From: Rhizomicrobium sp.
GTDB taxonomy: Bacteria > Pseudomonadota > Alphaproteobacteria > Micropepsales > Micropepsaceae
DNA: 64,000 nucleotides
Direction of reading: 5' to 3'
NCBI GenBank assembly: GCA_035275465.1
Contig: DATEMS010000047.1
Coordinates: 12,960 to 76,959 of the forward strand
Shown in pieces: positions 21,100 to 31,629 of this stretch (within the stretch, counting starts at the first letter, position 1; the number at the start of each line of letters is the position of its first letter). The notes under the pieces are model-generated. The model had not been told where the DNA came from. It did not search any database and saw only the letters and a program-made list of their open reading frames with translations. Position numbers and translations under genes: made by a program.

Positions 21100-22511
21100 T
21101 GAGCACCCAAATCCTGATGCCCGCGCTGTCGCCCACCATGGAAGAGGGCAAGCTGTCCAAATGGCTGGTCAAGGAGGGCGATACCGTCAAGTCCGGCACC
21201 ATCCTGGCCGAGATCGAGACCGACAAGGCCACCATGGAATTCGAGGCCGTGGACGAAGGCAAGATCGGCCAGATTCTGGTGGCCGAAGGCACCGAAGGCG
21301 TGAAAGTCAATTCGCCTATCGCGCTCCTGCTGGCCGATGGCGAAGCGCCGGGCGCCGCGCCGGTGAAAGCTAAAGCGCCGCAGGTCCCCCTCACCCAAAG
21401 CGGTGCGGATGGAAAGAGCGCCGCCTCACGTCCCCTCTCCCCCCAAGGGGGAGAGGGCGCAGCGCGAAGCGCTGCGGGTGAGGGGGTGGAAGTCGCCGCC
21501 GATCCGGAAGTCCCCGAAGGCACGCAATTCGTCAATCAGACGGTGCGCGACGCGCTGCGCGACGCCATGGCGGAAGAAATGCGCCGCGACGATCTAGTAT
21601 TCCTGATGGGCGAAGAAGTCGCCGAATATCAGGGCGCCTATAAAATTTCCCAAGGGTTGCTGGAGGAATTCGGTGCCCGCCGGGTGATCGACACGCCGAT
21701 TACCGAACATGGTTTCACCGGGCTTGGCATCGGTGCGGCCTTTGACGGTCTCAAACCCATCGTCGAATTCATGACCTGGAACTTCGCCATGCAGGCGATG
21801 GATCAGCTGATCAACTCCGCCGCCAAGACCCGCTACATGTCCGGCGGCCAGATGAGCTGCCCCATCGTGTTCCGCGGCCCCAATGGCGCGGCCGCCCGCG
21901 TCGCCGCCCAGCACAGCCAGGATTACAGCGCCTGGTATGCCAGTGTGCCGGGCATGAAAGTCGTCGCGCCCTATTTTGCCGCCGACGCCAAGGGCTTGCT
22001 GAAAGCCGCCATCCGCGATCCCAATCCGGTGATCTTCCTGGAAAATGAGATCGTTTATGGCCGGTCGTTCCCGGTTCCCAAGCTGGACGATTTCGTGCTG
22101 CCGATCGGCAAGGCGCGCATCTGCCGCGCCGGTGCGGACGTCACCATCGTGGCTTACTCGATCACGGTCGGCCAGGCGCTGGAAGCCGCCGAGAAGCTGG
22201 CAGAGGAGGGTATCGACGCCGAGGTGATCGATCTTCGCACCCTGCGTCCGCTGGATATGGACACGGTGCTGGAGAGCGTGAAGAAGACCAACCGCATCGT
22301 CACCATGGAGCAGGGCTGGCCGGTCTGTTCGGTGGGCTCGGAGATTTGTGCGCGCGTGGCGTTGGAGGCCTTCGATTATCTCGATGCCCCGCCGACCAAG
22401 GTCTCGGGCAAGGATGTGCCCATGCCCTATGCCGCCAATCTGGAAAAGCTGGCGCTGCCGACGGTTGAGGACCTGATTCAGGCCGTCAAAGCCGTCTGTT
22501 ACAAGGCTTAA
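21099..22511 (+). CDS. pdhB: Pyruvate dehydrogenase E1 beta with N-terminal lipoyl domain
   Basis: Lipoyl ETDKA motif; [36 protein letters not shown]. Confidence 0.98.
   Translation: MSTQILMPALSPTMEEGKLSKWLVKEGDTVKSGTILAEIETDKATMEFEAVDEGKIGQILVAEGTEGVKVNSPIALLLADGEAPGAAPVKAKAPQVPLTQSGADGKSAASRPLSPQGGEGAARSAAGEGVEVAADPEVPEGTQFVNQTVRDALRDAMAEEMRRDDLVFLMGEEVAEYQGAYKISQGLLEEFGARRVIDTPITEHGFTGLGIGAAFDGLKPIVEFMTWNFAMQAMDQLINSAAKTRYMSGGQMSCPIVFRGPNGAAARVAAQHSQDYSAWYASVPGMKVVAPYFAADAKGLLKAAIRDPNPVIFLENEIVYGRSFPVPKLDDFVLPIGKARICRAGADVTIVAYSITVGQALEAAEKLAEEGIDAEVIDLRTLRPLDMDTVLESVKKTNRIVTMEQGWPVCSVGSEICARVALEAFDYLDAPPTKVSGKDVPMPYAANLEKLALPTVEDLIQAVKAVCYKA
21386..21486. repeat. Palindromic repeat element inserted in frame inside pdhB
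   Basis: Outer stem CCCCCTCACCC/GGGTGAGGGGG; inner stems CCCTCTCCCCC-caa-GGGGGAGAGGG and CGCAGCGC-gaa-GCGCTGCG; same family as extragenic copies at 30243 and 34179. Confidence 0.85.
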
Positions 22512-22515
22512 GCAC

Positions 22516-23823
22516 ATGGCCACCAACATTCTCATGCCGGCACTATCGCCCACCATGGAAGAGGGCAAGCTCGCCAAGTGGCTTGTGAAGGAAGGCGACA
22601 CCGTCAAGTCCGGCACCATCCTGGCCGAGATCGAGACCGACAAGGCCACCATGGAATTCGAAGCGGTGGACGAGGGCAAGATCGGCAAGATCCTGGTCCC
22701 CGAAGGCAGCGAAGGCGTCAAGGTCAACGCCCCCATCGCGGTGTTGCTGGATGACGGCGAAAAACTGGGCGATGTGGATATCGCGGGCGCCATGAAAGAC
22801 ATCAAGGCGGCGGTGAAAGCCGAGGCCGGTGCGCCCGCGCCCAAAGCTGCTATTCCTGCGGCTCCCGTACCCGCCGCCAAGGTGGATGGCGCGCGCATCT
22901 TTGCTTCGCCGCTGGCCAAGCGCATCGCCGCGACCAAAGGCATTGATATTTCCGCACTGGCCGGCTCGGGTCCGCGCGGGCGCATTGTTAAGTCGGACGT
23001 GGAAAATGCCAAACCGGGTGCGAAACCCGCTGGCGCCGCCACCAGCACCACCGCAGGTGGCGCGTCAACAAGTCCCGGCGTGGCGCCGCTGCCCGATGCG
23101 CGGCTGCTCTATCCGGCGGGTTCCTATGAAGAAACCCCGCATGACAATATGCGCAAGGCTATCGCCAAGCGCCTGACCAGCGCCAAGACGCTGATCCCGC
23201 ATTACTACCTGACCATCGATTGCAATCTGAATGCCCTGATGGCGGTGCGCGAAAAGATGAACGCCGCCGCGCCCAAGGGTAAAGATAAGGTCCCGGCCTA
23301 TAAATTGTCGGTCAACGACTTCATCATGAAGGCCTCGGCCATGGCCTTGATGAAGCATCCGGATGTGAACGCCTCCTGGACCGACACCGCCATCCTGCGC
23401 CACAAGGACGCCGATGTCGGCGTGGCGGTGGCGCTGGATTTCGGCCTGATCACACCCATCGTCTTCAAGGCCCAGACCAAGGGGCTGGTGGAGATCAGCA
23501 ACGAGGTCAAGACCCTGGCCGCCTTGGCCAAGGAAAAGAAACTCAAACCCAATCAGTATGAGGGCGGCGGCTTCTCGGTCTCCAATCTGGGCATGTACGG
23601 CATCAAGAATTTCACCTCCATCATCAACCCGCCGCAAAGCTGCATTATCGCGGTGGGCGCGGGCGAAGAGCGCGCCATTGTCGTGAACGGCAAGATCGAA
23701 GTCGCCACGGTGATGACGGTCACCATGTCGGCGGATCACCGGGTGGTGGACGGCGGCACCGGCGCTAAGTTCCTGGCCACCCTCAAACAGTTCATCGAGG
23801 AACCAGCCTCGATGCTGCTGTAA
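22516..23823 (+). CDS. pdhC: Dihydrolipoamide acetyltransferase (E2)
   Basis: Lipoyl ETDKA, E3-binding ASPLAKRIA...[13 protein letters not shown], catalytic SADHRVVDG. Confidence 0.97.
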   Translation: MATNILMPALSPTMEEGKLAKWLVKEGDTVKSGTILAEIETDKATMEFEAVDEGKIGKILVPEGSEGVKVNAPIAVLLDDGEKLGDVDIAGAMKDIKAAVKAEAGAPAPKAAIPAAPVPAAKVDGARIFASPLAKRIAATKGIDISALAGSGPRGRIVKSDVENAKPGAKPAGAATSTTAGGASTSPGVAPLPDARLLYPAGSYEETPHDNMRKAIAKRLTSAKTLIPHYYLTIDCNLNALMAVREKMNAAAPKGKDKVPAYKLSVNDFIMKASAMALMKHPDVNASWTDTAILRHKDADVGVAVALDFGLITPIVFKAQTKGLVEISNEVKTLAALAKEKKLKPNQYEGGGFSVSNLGMYGIKNFTSIINPPQSCIIAVGAGEERAIVVNGKIEVATVMTVTMSADHRVVDGGTGAKFLATLKQFIEEPASMLL

Positions 23824-23833
23824 GGGGCGCGTC

Positions 23834-25234
<1,401 letters not shown>

Positions 25235-25240
25235 TTCCCA

Positions 25241-25320
25241 TTCGTCATGGCCCGCTTTATGCGGGCCATCCATACGGTGACAGGGTTATGGATGGCCCGG
25301 ACAAGCCGGGCCATGACGAA
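25241..25320. repeat. Extragenic palindromic repeat (GTCATGGCCC...GGGCCATGAC family)
   Basis: 13-bp outer stem TTCGTCATGGCCC/GGGCCATGACGAA with internal hairpins GGCCCGC/GCGGGCC and GCCCGG/CCGGGC, directly after the lpdA stop. Confidence 0.85.
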
Positions 25321-25388
25321 AGCGTTATTGAAGCCACCGCTTACCTCCTCGCTCCTGCTTCTTGCCGCGCGGCATGCTATGATTTTTC

Positions 25389-25661
25389 ATGATCGACACG
25401 GTTAAGCTGCTTCATGAAATTTGGGAGGATTTCGACGAGGATGGCTCTTCTCTACCCAGTTGTTGTTTGGCTGGGCCTGATGGAGACAGCTTCAGGGAAA
25501 TGCTAGGCCCTAAAGCGCACATGGTTCACGTCTTCAAAGCCGGCAGTCACTATGAGGCGATGACAATCTATAATAAATTCCTAGGCCGTGAGCCGTATCA
25601 GACAGATCATCCATCGGATTTTGAGCCATATCCATCTGCATGGGCTGCGCGGCAATGCTGA
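25389..25661 (+). CDS. Hypothetical 90-aa protein, AT-richer codon usage
   Basis: Clean ORF filling the lpdA-SCO gap; HEIWED...CCLAGPDGD...AGSHYEAMTIY. Confidence 0.6.
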   Translation: MIDTVKLLHEIWEDFDEDGSSLPSCCLAGPDGDSFREMLGPKAHMVHVFKAGSHYEAMTIYNKFLGREPYQTDHPSDFEPYPSAWAARQC

Positions 25662-25744
25662 TAAAGACGTTCTTTTGCCACTTGGTCTCTCCCAACAATC
25701 GGCTGCACCGAGAAGTGGCGCTCGGCCGGGGATGACATGCAGAG

Positions 25745-26293
25745 TTAGTTGAGCAACCGCTTCACATCTTCGGCCATTGCATTGGCGTTACTGGTGTCCG
25801 TGGTGACCAGGCGGGCGCGGCCTTTGCGGTCGAAGAAAAACACCGCATTGGAATGGGTCACCTCATAGGGCGGCCCTTTTTTCACGTCATAGGCAACGCG
25901 ATAGGTACGGGCGAGGGCGGCGAGTTGATTGGCCGTGCTGCGCAGGCCCACCACTTGCGGCGAGAAGGCGCGCGCGTAATCGGCCATCACGTGATCGCTG
26001 TCGCGCTCCGGGTCCACGGTGACGAACAAAATCGCCACATCAGGGCTGTTCACCTTGGCCAGCATGTCGGTCAGGTTGGCCAGGGTGGCGGGGCAAACAT
26101 CGGGGCAGTGGCTATAGCCGAAAAAGAGCGCCACCACCTTGCCGCGAAAGGCTTCGGCCGTGACCGGTTTGCCGCCGGAGGTCATGCGGAATTCCAGCTT
26201 GGGCATGGCGCCGGAAATATCGGTCATGTGCCAGCTTGGCTTCGAGCAGCCGGACAGGGCCAGCATTGCGAAAATCAGGATTGCGGTGCGCAT
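25745..26293 (-). CDS. SCO family copper chaperone lipoprotein
   Basis: Lipobox ALSGC; FFGYSHCPDVCP (CxxxC), TVDPERD, conserved His in VTHSN. Confidence 0.93.
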   Translation of the reverse strand: MRTAILIFAMLALSGCSKPSWHMTDISGAMPKLEFRMTSGGKPVTAEAFRGKVVALFFGYSHCPDVCPATLANLTDMLAKVNSPDVAILFVTVDPERDSDHVMADYARAFSPQVVGLRSTANQLAALARTYRVAYDVKKGPPYEVTHSNAVFFFDRKGRARLVTTDTSNANAMAEDVKRLLN

Positions 26294-26350
26294 GGGCCGC
26301 GTCCTTATCACGCTGGGCGATACCGTCCTAGGCGCATAAGATCGCGCCCC

Positions 26351-26941
26351 ATGTATATCCCAGACCATTTCCGCGAAGACCGGCCCGAAGTGCTGCACGA
26401 TGCCATGCGGCGGATCGGCTTTGCCACGCTGGTGACGCAGGGGTTGGATGCCAATCACCTGCCGATGTTGCTCGAAGGTAATGTGTTGCGCGGTCATGTC
26501 GCCCGCGCCAATCCGGTGTGGAAGGGGGGCGTGGGCGAGGCGCTGGCGGTTTTCCTGGGGCCGCATGCCTATGTCTCGCCCAACTGGTATCCCGGCAAGG
26601 CTGCGACCGGCAAAGCGGTGCCGACCTGGAACTACATCACCGTGCATGCCAGGGGCACAATCCATTGGATTGAGGATGCCGAATGGTTGCGCGCCAATGT
26701 CGGGGCGTTGAGCGCCGAGCATGAAGCGGGCAGGGATCAGCCCTGGAAGATTGAGGATGCGCCGGCCAGCTACATCGAGGGAATGTTGCGCGCCATCGTC
26801 GGGTTTGAGTTGAGAATTGAGGCGCTGGCCGGCAAATGGAAGCTCAGTCAGAACCGCGACGAAGCCGACCGAGCAGGGGTGCGCGAGGGCTTGCTGCGTG
26901 ATGGGCAGGACGATCTTTCGCGTCTGATGGACCGATCCTGA
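26351..26941 (+). CDS. PaiB-family (FMN-binding split-barrel) protein
   Basis: MYIPDHF, GHVARANP, HAYVSPNWY, VPTWNY, GKWKLSQNR. Confidence 0.9.
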   Translation: MYIPDHFREDRPEVLHDAMRRIGFATLVTQGLDANHLPMLLEGNVLRGHVARANPVWKGGVGEALAVFLGPHAYVSPNWYPGKAATGKAVPTWNYITVHARGTIHWIEDAEWLRANVGALSAEHEAGRDQPWKIEDAPASYIEGMLRAIVGFELRIEALAGKWKLSQNRDEADRAGVREGLLRDGQDDLSRLMDRS

Positions 26942-27828
26942 TGCGCGCCTGGTTATGGTATGCGGCGCTCTTGCTGCTGGGCGCAGGTCTCTATCTGGTC
27001 TGCCGTCTCTATCCTGCCTATCTGCCCTTCTGGCTGCCCTGGGAATTTTCCTGGCCGATCTATCTGGCGACGGCGCTCACCTTGGCCTGGTTTTTCCATG
27101 GATTGAAGCTGTTGCCGAAAGACCGGCATCCGCCGCTATGGCGGCTGGCCTGTTTTGTGCTGGGCCTGGCCAGTTTCTGGATCGTGCTGCAAACCGGCAT
27201 CGATTATTACGCCCAGCACATGTTCTTTGTGCACCGGGCGGCGCATTTTGTGCTGCATCATTTCGGCGCCTTCCTGATCGCGCTGGGCATGAGCGGGCCG
27301 GTCTTATTTGCCGGCATGCCCGATTTTCTCAAACCCTTGGTGACGGCGCGCCCGGTTCAGGCCGTGATGTCGTTCTTGCAGCATCCTGTGATGGCGCCGT
27401 TCTTGTTCGTGGGGCTGCTCTATTTCTGGCTGATTCCCAGCCTTCACACCCGGGTGATGCTGGACGCCAATCTGTATGAATTCATGAACTGGACCATGGC
27501 CGTCAATGGCGTGATGTTCTGGGCCCTGATCCTGGATTCCCGCGCCAAGCCGCCCGCGCGGCTGTCGCATCTGATGCGCGCGCTCCTGATCCTGGTGATC
27601 GAATTGCCCCAGATGGTCTTGGGTTCCATCCTGTCGCTGACGGAACGCGACATCTATCCGGTCTATACCATTTGCGGCCGTGTGCTGGACATGACGGCGC
27701 TGAACGATCAACATTATGGCGGGCTGATCATCTGGCTGCCCGGCACCTTGACCAGCTTCGCCGCCATGATTGTGGTATTGGTGACCATGCGCTTGAACGA
27801 GGAAAGGCAGGAACGTGAGATCGCTTAG
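26941..27828 (+). CDS. Cytochrome c oxidase assembly factor, Caa3_CtaG-like membrane protein
   Basis: Multi-TM; HMFFVHRAAHFVLHH and DQHYGGLIIWLPG motifs; TGATG coupling to the PaiB-like gene. Confidence 0.8.
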   Translation: MRAWLWYAALLLLGAGLYLVCRLYPAYLPFWLPWEFSWPIYLATALTLAWFFHGLKLLPKDRHPPLWRLACFVLGLASFWIVLQTGIDYYAQHMFFVHRAAHFVLHHFGAFLIALGMSGPVLFAGMPDFLKPLVTARPVQAVMSFLQHPVMAPFLFVGLLYFWLIPSLHTRVMLDANLYEFMNWTMAVNGVMFWALILDSRAKPPARLSHLMRALLILVIELPQMVLGSILSLTERDIYPVYTICGRVLDMTALNDQHYGGLIIWLPGTLTSFAAMIVVLVTMRLNEERQEREIA

Positions 27829-28231
27829 TATTGTGCTGTTGCTGGCCATGAGTGTGGGGGCGCAGGCCGCGCCTTTTGATGTTACCGATGCCTGGTTCCG
27901 GGCGCTGCCGGGCAAGCTGCCCGCGGGCGGCTATTTCACCGCCCAGAACAACAACCGGCGCGATGTCGCCATCACCGGCGCGCTCTCGGATGCCTGCGGC
28001 ATGCTGATGATTCACAAATCCAGCAGCAAAGGCGGCATGAGCAGCATGGAGATGGTGGACAAGGTGAACGTGCCCGCCGCGGGGAAAATAGCGTTTGCGC
28101 CGGGTGGCTATCACCTGATGTGCACCGAGCCCAAGGTGAAGATCGGGGCCAAGGTGCCGGTGATCCTCAATCTGTCCGACGGCACCGCCGTGGCCGTGGC
28201 TTTCACTGTCAAAGGCGCCAGCGGAAAATGA
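27815..28231 (+). CDS. Periplasmic copper chaperone PCu(A)C
   Basis: Signal peptide; exact H-X10-M-X21-H-X-M motif (IHKSSSKGGMSSMEM...GGYHLM). Confidence 0.92.
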   Translation: MRSLSIVLLLAMSVGAQAAPFDVTDAWFRALPGKLPAGGYFTAQNNNRRDVAITGALSDACGMLMIHKSSSKGGMSSMEMVDKVNVPAAGKIAFAPGGYHLMCTEPKVKIGAKVPVILNLSDGTAVAVAFTVKGASGK

Positions 28232-28257
28232 TACGTCTTCGCCGCGCGCTCTAAGAG

Positions 28258-28599
28258 TTGGCCATGATGCAGGGGCGCATCTTCTGGCTGGTCTGGCTGC
28301 TGGTCGGCTGCCAGATGGCGTGGATGACGCTGCGCGCCTTTCAAGCGCCCTGGACGTGGAATCTCTATCAAATTCTGGCGGCGATTTTTCTGGCCGCGCT
28401 GTTGACGGGCGTGGTTTTGCTGGCGTTGCTGTGGCAGCGCGGTGGCCTGGAGGGGATCAGGATCAAGGCGGCCGACTTCGAGGCCGAGATTGAAACTCCC
28501 GGCAGCGCGATCGGCCGCAACTGGAATATCGCCTTCTGGATCGTGGCGATCCTGACAGCGATGGTCTATTTCCATATGGAAGGCGGACTGGCCAGTTAG
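28258..28599 (+). CDS. Hypothetical membrane protein (3 TM)
   Basis: 113-aa ORF with three hydrophobic segments and host-like codon usage. Confidence 0.6.
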   Translation: MAMMQGRIFWLVWLLVGCQMAWMTLRAFQAPWTWNLYQILAAIFLAALLTGVVLLALLWQRGGLEGIRIKAADFEAEIETPGSAIGRNWNIAFWIVAILTAMVYFHMEGGLAS

Positions 28600-28713
28600 T
28601 GTGCACCGAGCCCAAGATGAAGATCGGCGGCAAGGTGCCGGTGACCTTGCATCTGTGGAGCGGCAATTCGGTGACGGTGGCGTTTTGTGGTGCGGGGCGC
28701 GGTGGGGAAGTAA
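28600..28713 (+). pseudogene. 3' remnant of a second PCuAC gene copy
   Basis: Aligns with 28119-28231; reads CTEPKMKIGGKVPVTLHLWSGNSVTVAF then, after one extra T, VVRGAVGK*, versus CTEPKVKIGAKVPVILNLSDGTAVAVAFTVKGASGK*. Confidence 0.8.
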
Positions 28714-28723
28714 GGGGGCTACT

Positions 28724-29665
28724 TTGGGGCGCGCGCGTAACAGCATAGCGGCTTTTTCCATGATCGTTGCGATGAGGGGGCAGGCATGGGCTGCCGACTA
28801 CGAAACCGCGCTCAAATTGCCTTCTGCCGCCAAGATGGAATTCACGATTGCTCGCAGCCGGAGTGGACAAGGCACCGGAGTGATGGCCGGAAAGACTGTG
28901 ATATTTCGCTATCGTCAGGATATTGCGCCCTTAAATGCTGGCTACCGTGTCCATCAGGTTCTGACCGGGACAGATGCGCCCGACGACCTTGACCCAGTAG
29001 CTCAGGCCGTGCTTCAGAAAGCTGCTGCCGAGACTGGCGATCTGACATATGAAACTGATGACGCACTGACACCCGTTAGGATTTTAAATTGGCAGGCTTA
29101 CATAAATTCAGTGCTGGCGGCGGCGGTCAAGGGACCGGCCGGCCAGGGCAATATGGCACTTGAAGACACGCGCAAGACTTTTCAGGGGATGACGCCCGAG
29201 CAGGGGGCCAGCCTTCTGAAAGAGCAGGGCATGGCTGCGGTACCCCAGAATGCCGTACTGAACCTTACCGAGCCTAATAGGGCGACCTCTGAGGTTCGCA
29301 ATCCTCTGGGTGGGGGTCCGATCGTGACCAATCAGTCCTTGGAACTGGAGAGCGTCGACAAGGACCGCAAACAGGCCGTGATCCATTACCGCCAGGAACT
29401 CGACCCAGAATCGGCAAGCCGGAGCACGCGCGAGGTTTTACTTGCTCTGACCGCGCATCAGCCGACGGGGATGCGCAAGCCCACTCCAGAGGATCTGGCA
29501 CATCTGAAAATCGAAAATACATTGGATTGCCGTTATCAGATGGACTTGGAGACGGGCCTTGCTACTCGTACCGAATGCGTCTCGGTTACCAGCGGTGTCG
29601 ATGAAAAAATGGCGCCGCAAAGCCGGACGGACCGCTGGATAATTACCCAGCGGATTTTGCCTTAG
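28724..29665 (+). CDS. Hypothetical secreted protein, atypical codon usage
   Basis: Long open frame; probable TTG start after AGGGGG, giving a signal peptide ending QAWA-AD; no family recognised. Confidence 0.6.
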   Translation: MGRARNSIAAFSMIVAMRGQAWAADYETALKLPSAAKMEFTIARSRSGQGTGVMAGKTVIFRYRQDIAPLNAGYRVHQVLTGTDAPDDLDPVAQAVLQKAAAETGDLTYETDDALTPVRILNWQAYINSVLAAAVKGPAGQGNMALEDTRKTFQGMTPEQGASLLKEQGMAAVPQNAVLNLTEPNRATSEVRNPLGGGPIVTNQSLELESVDKDRKQAVIHYRQELDPESASRSTREVLLALTAHQPTGMRKPTPEDLAHLKIENTLDCRYQMDLETGLATRTECVSVTSGVDEKMAPQSRTDRWIITQRILP

Positions 29666-29669
29666 CTAT

Positions 29670-30197
29670 TTACCGGGCGTCCTCTGTCTGCAGCTCCGCA
29701 TAGCTCACATGGCATGAGCCGCCATGCTTTTGAAAATAGCGCTGGTGATAGTCCTCGGCCTTCCAGAAGGTGGGCGCGGGCTCGATCTGGGTGACCACCG
29801 GCTGCTGCCACTTGCCCGATGCCTCCACCTTGGCCTTTTCTTCGGCCGCGATACGCGCCTGGTCTTCGCCATGGGTGAAGATCACCGAGCGATACTGGGT
29901 GCCGAAATCCGGCCCCTGGCGGTTCCTCTGGGTGGGATTGTGCATGCGGAAGAACAGCGCGACCAGGGTGCGATAGGGCAGCTGGGCCGGATCGAACGTC
30001 ACCTCGACCACCTCGGCATGGTAGGTGTCGCCATTGCAGATCTGCTTGTAGGTCGGGTTGTTGGTGGTGCCGCCAGCATAGCCTGAGACCGCATCGCTGA
30101 CCCCTGGAACCTGGCGGAAGAAGTCCTCAACGCCCCAGAAGCAGCCCGCGCCGAATGATGCTTTTTGAAGAGGGGCCTTTTCCATCTCAAACCTCAT
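29670..30197 (-). CDS. msrA: Peptide-methionine (S)-S-oxide reductase
   Basis: GAGCFWG, GYAGG, HAEVV, NRQGPDFGTQYRS, AEDYHQRY. Confidence 0.97.
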   Translation of the reverse strand: MRFEMEKAPLQKASFGAGCFWGVEDFFRQVPGVSDAVSGYAGGTTNNPTYKQICNGDTYHAEVVEVTFDPAQLPYRTLVALFFRMHNPTQRNRQGPDFGTQYRSVIFTHGEDQARIAAEEKAKVEASGKWQQPVVTQIEPAPTFWKAEDYHQRYFQKHGGSCHVSYAELQTEDAR

Positions 30198-30242
30198 GCC
30201 GGAACTACTCCCATAATACGTTCGAGGGCGGTGTTCGTTACA

Positions 30243-30338
30243 CCCCTCATCCGGCTCGGTGCTTACGCACCTCGCCACCTTCTCCCACAAGGGGAGAAGG
30301 AAAGAAGGCCCTCTCCCTTGTGGGCTCGGGTGAGGGGG
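30243..30338. repeat. Extragenic palindromic repeat (CCCCTCA..CC / CTTCTCCC family)
   Basis: CCCCTCATCC...GGGTGAGGGG outer stem and CCTTCTCCC-acaag-GGGAGAAGG inner stem, upstream of msrA. Confidence 0.8.
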
Positions 30339-30555
30339 ACGGTGGCGCTGCCCAGCCATGACAAGAGCGAGGCGGCGAGAGCAATCCAGACGGGTGCGCC
30401 TGCCGGTTTCAACGGCTATAGAAGCACATGACCACCGTGCATGTTTTTCTTGTCATTGGGCCGAATTCCGCTGCCTCGTTCCTGCCATTCAACTTTAGCC
30501 TCTCCCATTATCCTATTGTTATAACAAGGCTTGTTTTGGCAGGGGAGGGAGCTCC

Positions 30556-31629
30556 GTGAACATTGTCATCATTGGCGCGGGCGTAGCGGGATTGGGGATC
30601 GGCTGGCGGCTGTTGCAGGCCGGCTCTGCCGTCACGGTCCTGGAGCGGAGCCAGCCGGCGGCAGGCGCTACCTGGGCGGCGGCGGGCATGTTGGCGGTCA
30701 CCGCCGAACTGGAGGAAGCCGCCGATGCCGAACGGGCGCTGGCGCTTCGGGCCAATGCTCTTTGGCCCGGCTTTGCCGCCGAGCTGGAAGCCGCCAGCGG
30801 CCAAGGCGTGTTCCTCAACCGGGTTGGGGCGCTGCTGTTGGCCGCCGACGCCGCCGAGCTGGAAGTGATGCGCGCCCGGGCGGACGGCGAATTGCGTGTT
30901 CTGGATGCGAAAGAGGCGCGTGCCTTGGTGCCGCTGTTGGGCGGGACCAGCGTCGGCGGGCTGTGGTCGCCGCGCGAGGCGCATATCGATAACCGCGCCC
31001 TGGGTGAAGCCCTGGCTATCGCCTTTCTGAAAGCGGGCGGGGTTTTGCATGCCAATGAAGCGGCGGTGGCGATCGAGCCCGGTCCGCGGGTGCTCACGCC
31101 CTATGGCCGCTACCAAGCCGATGCGGTGGTGATCGCGGCGGGTGCCTGGAGCGGTTTGCTGAATATCCCCATCGTGCCGGTCAAGGGCGAGGTGATCGCG
31201 CTGGTGCCGCCGCCGGGCGCGGCCTTGCCCGGACCGGTGGTGTGGGGCGCGGGCGTCTATTGCGTGCCGCGTCCGCATCTGGGAGACGCGGGACAGTTGT
31301 TGATCGGCGCCACCGTACAGGACGAAGGCTTCGACACCAGCCCCACGCATCAAGCGCGCGACCAATTGCGCGCGGCGGCGCAGCGGGTAATGCCGTCCCT
31401 GAAAGATTGGGCGCTGGCGGATCATTGGGCGGGTCTTCGGCCCAAAAGCCCGGATGGTTTGCCGCTGCTGGGGCCTTGCGGCATGGACGGTGTGTTTGCG
31501 GCAGGCGGGCAATATCGCAACGGCATCCTGTTCGCGCCGGCCATCGCCCAGGAGATGGCGGATCTGGTGATGGGCAAGGGCGCGGTGATCCCCGATTTCG
31601 ATCCGCAACGATTTTCCCGGAGCACATGA
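30556..31629 (+). CDS. FAD-dependent glycine oxidase ThiO-like / D-amino-acid oxidase family
   Basis: IIGAGVAG, ATWAAAGML, PVKGE, WAGLRP, GQYRNGILFAP; no thiS/thiG next to it. Confidence 0.85.
   Translation: MNIVIIGAGVAGLGIGWRLLQAGSAVTVLERSQPAAGATWAAAGMLAVTAELEEAADAERALALRANALWPGFAAELEAASGQGVFLNRVGALLLAADAAELEVMRARADGELRVLDAKEARALVPLLGGTSVGGLWSPREAHIDNRALGEALAIAFLKAGGVLHANEAAVAIEPGPRVLTPYGRYQADAVVIAAGAWSGLLNIPIVPVKGEVIALVPPPGAALPGPVVWGAGVYCVPRPHLGDAGQLLIGATVQDEGFDTSPTHQARDQLRAAAQRVMPSLKDWALADHWAGLRPKSPDGLPLLGPCGMDGVFAAGGQYRNGILFAPAIAQEMADLVMGKGAVIPDFDPQRFSRST

Noticed and set aside
30430-30555. TPP riboswitch upstream of the thiO-like gene
   Set aside because: No CTGAGA or aptamer core pattern visible.
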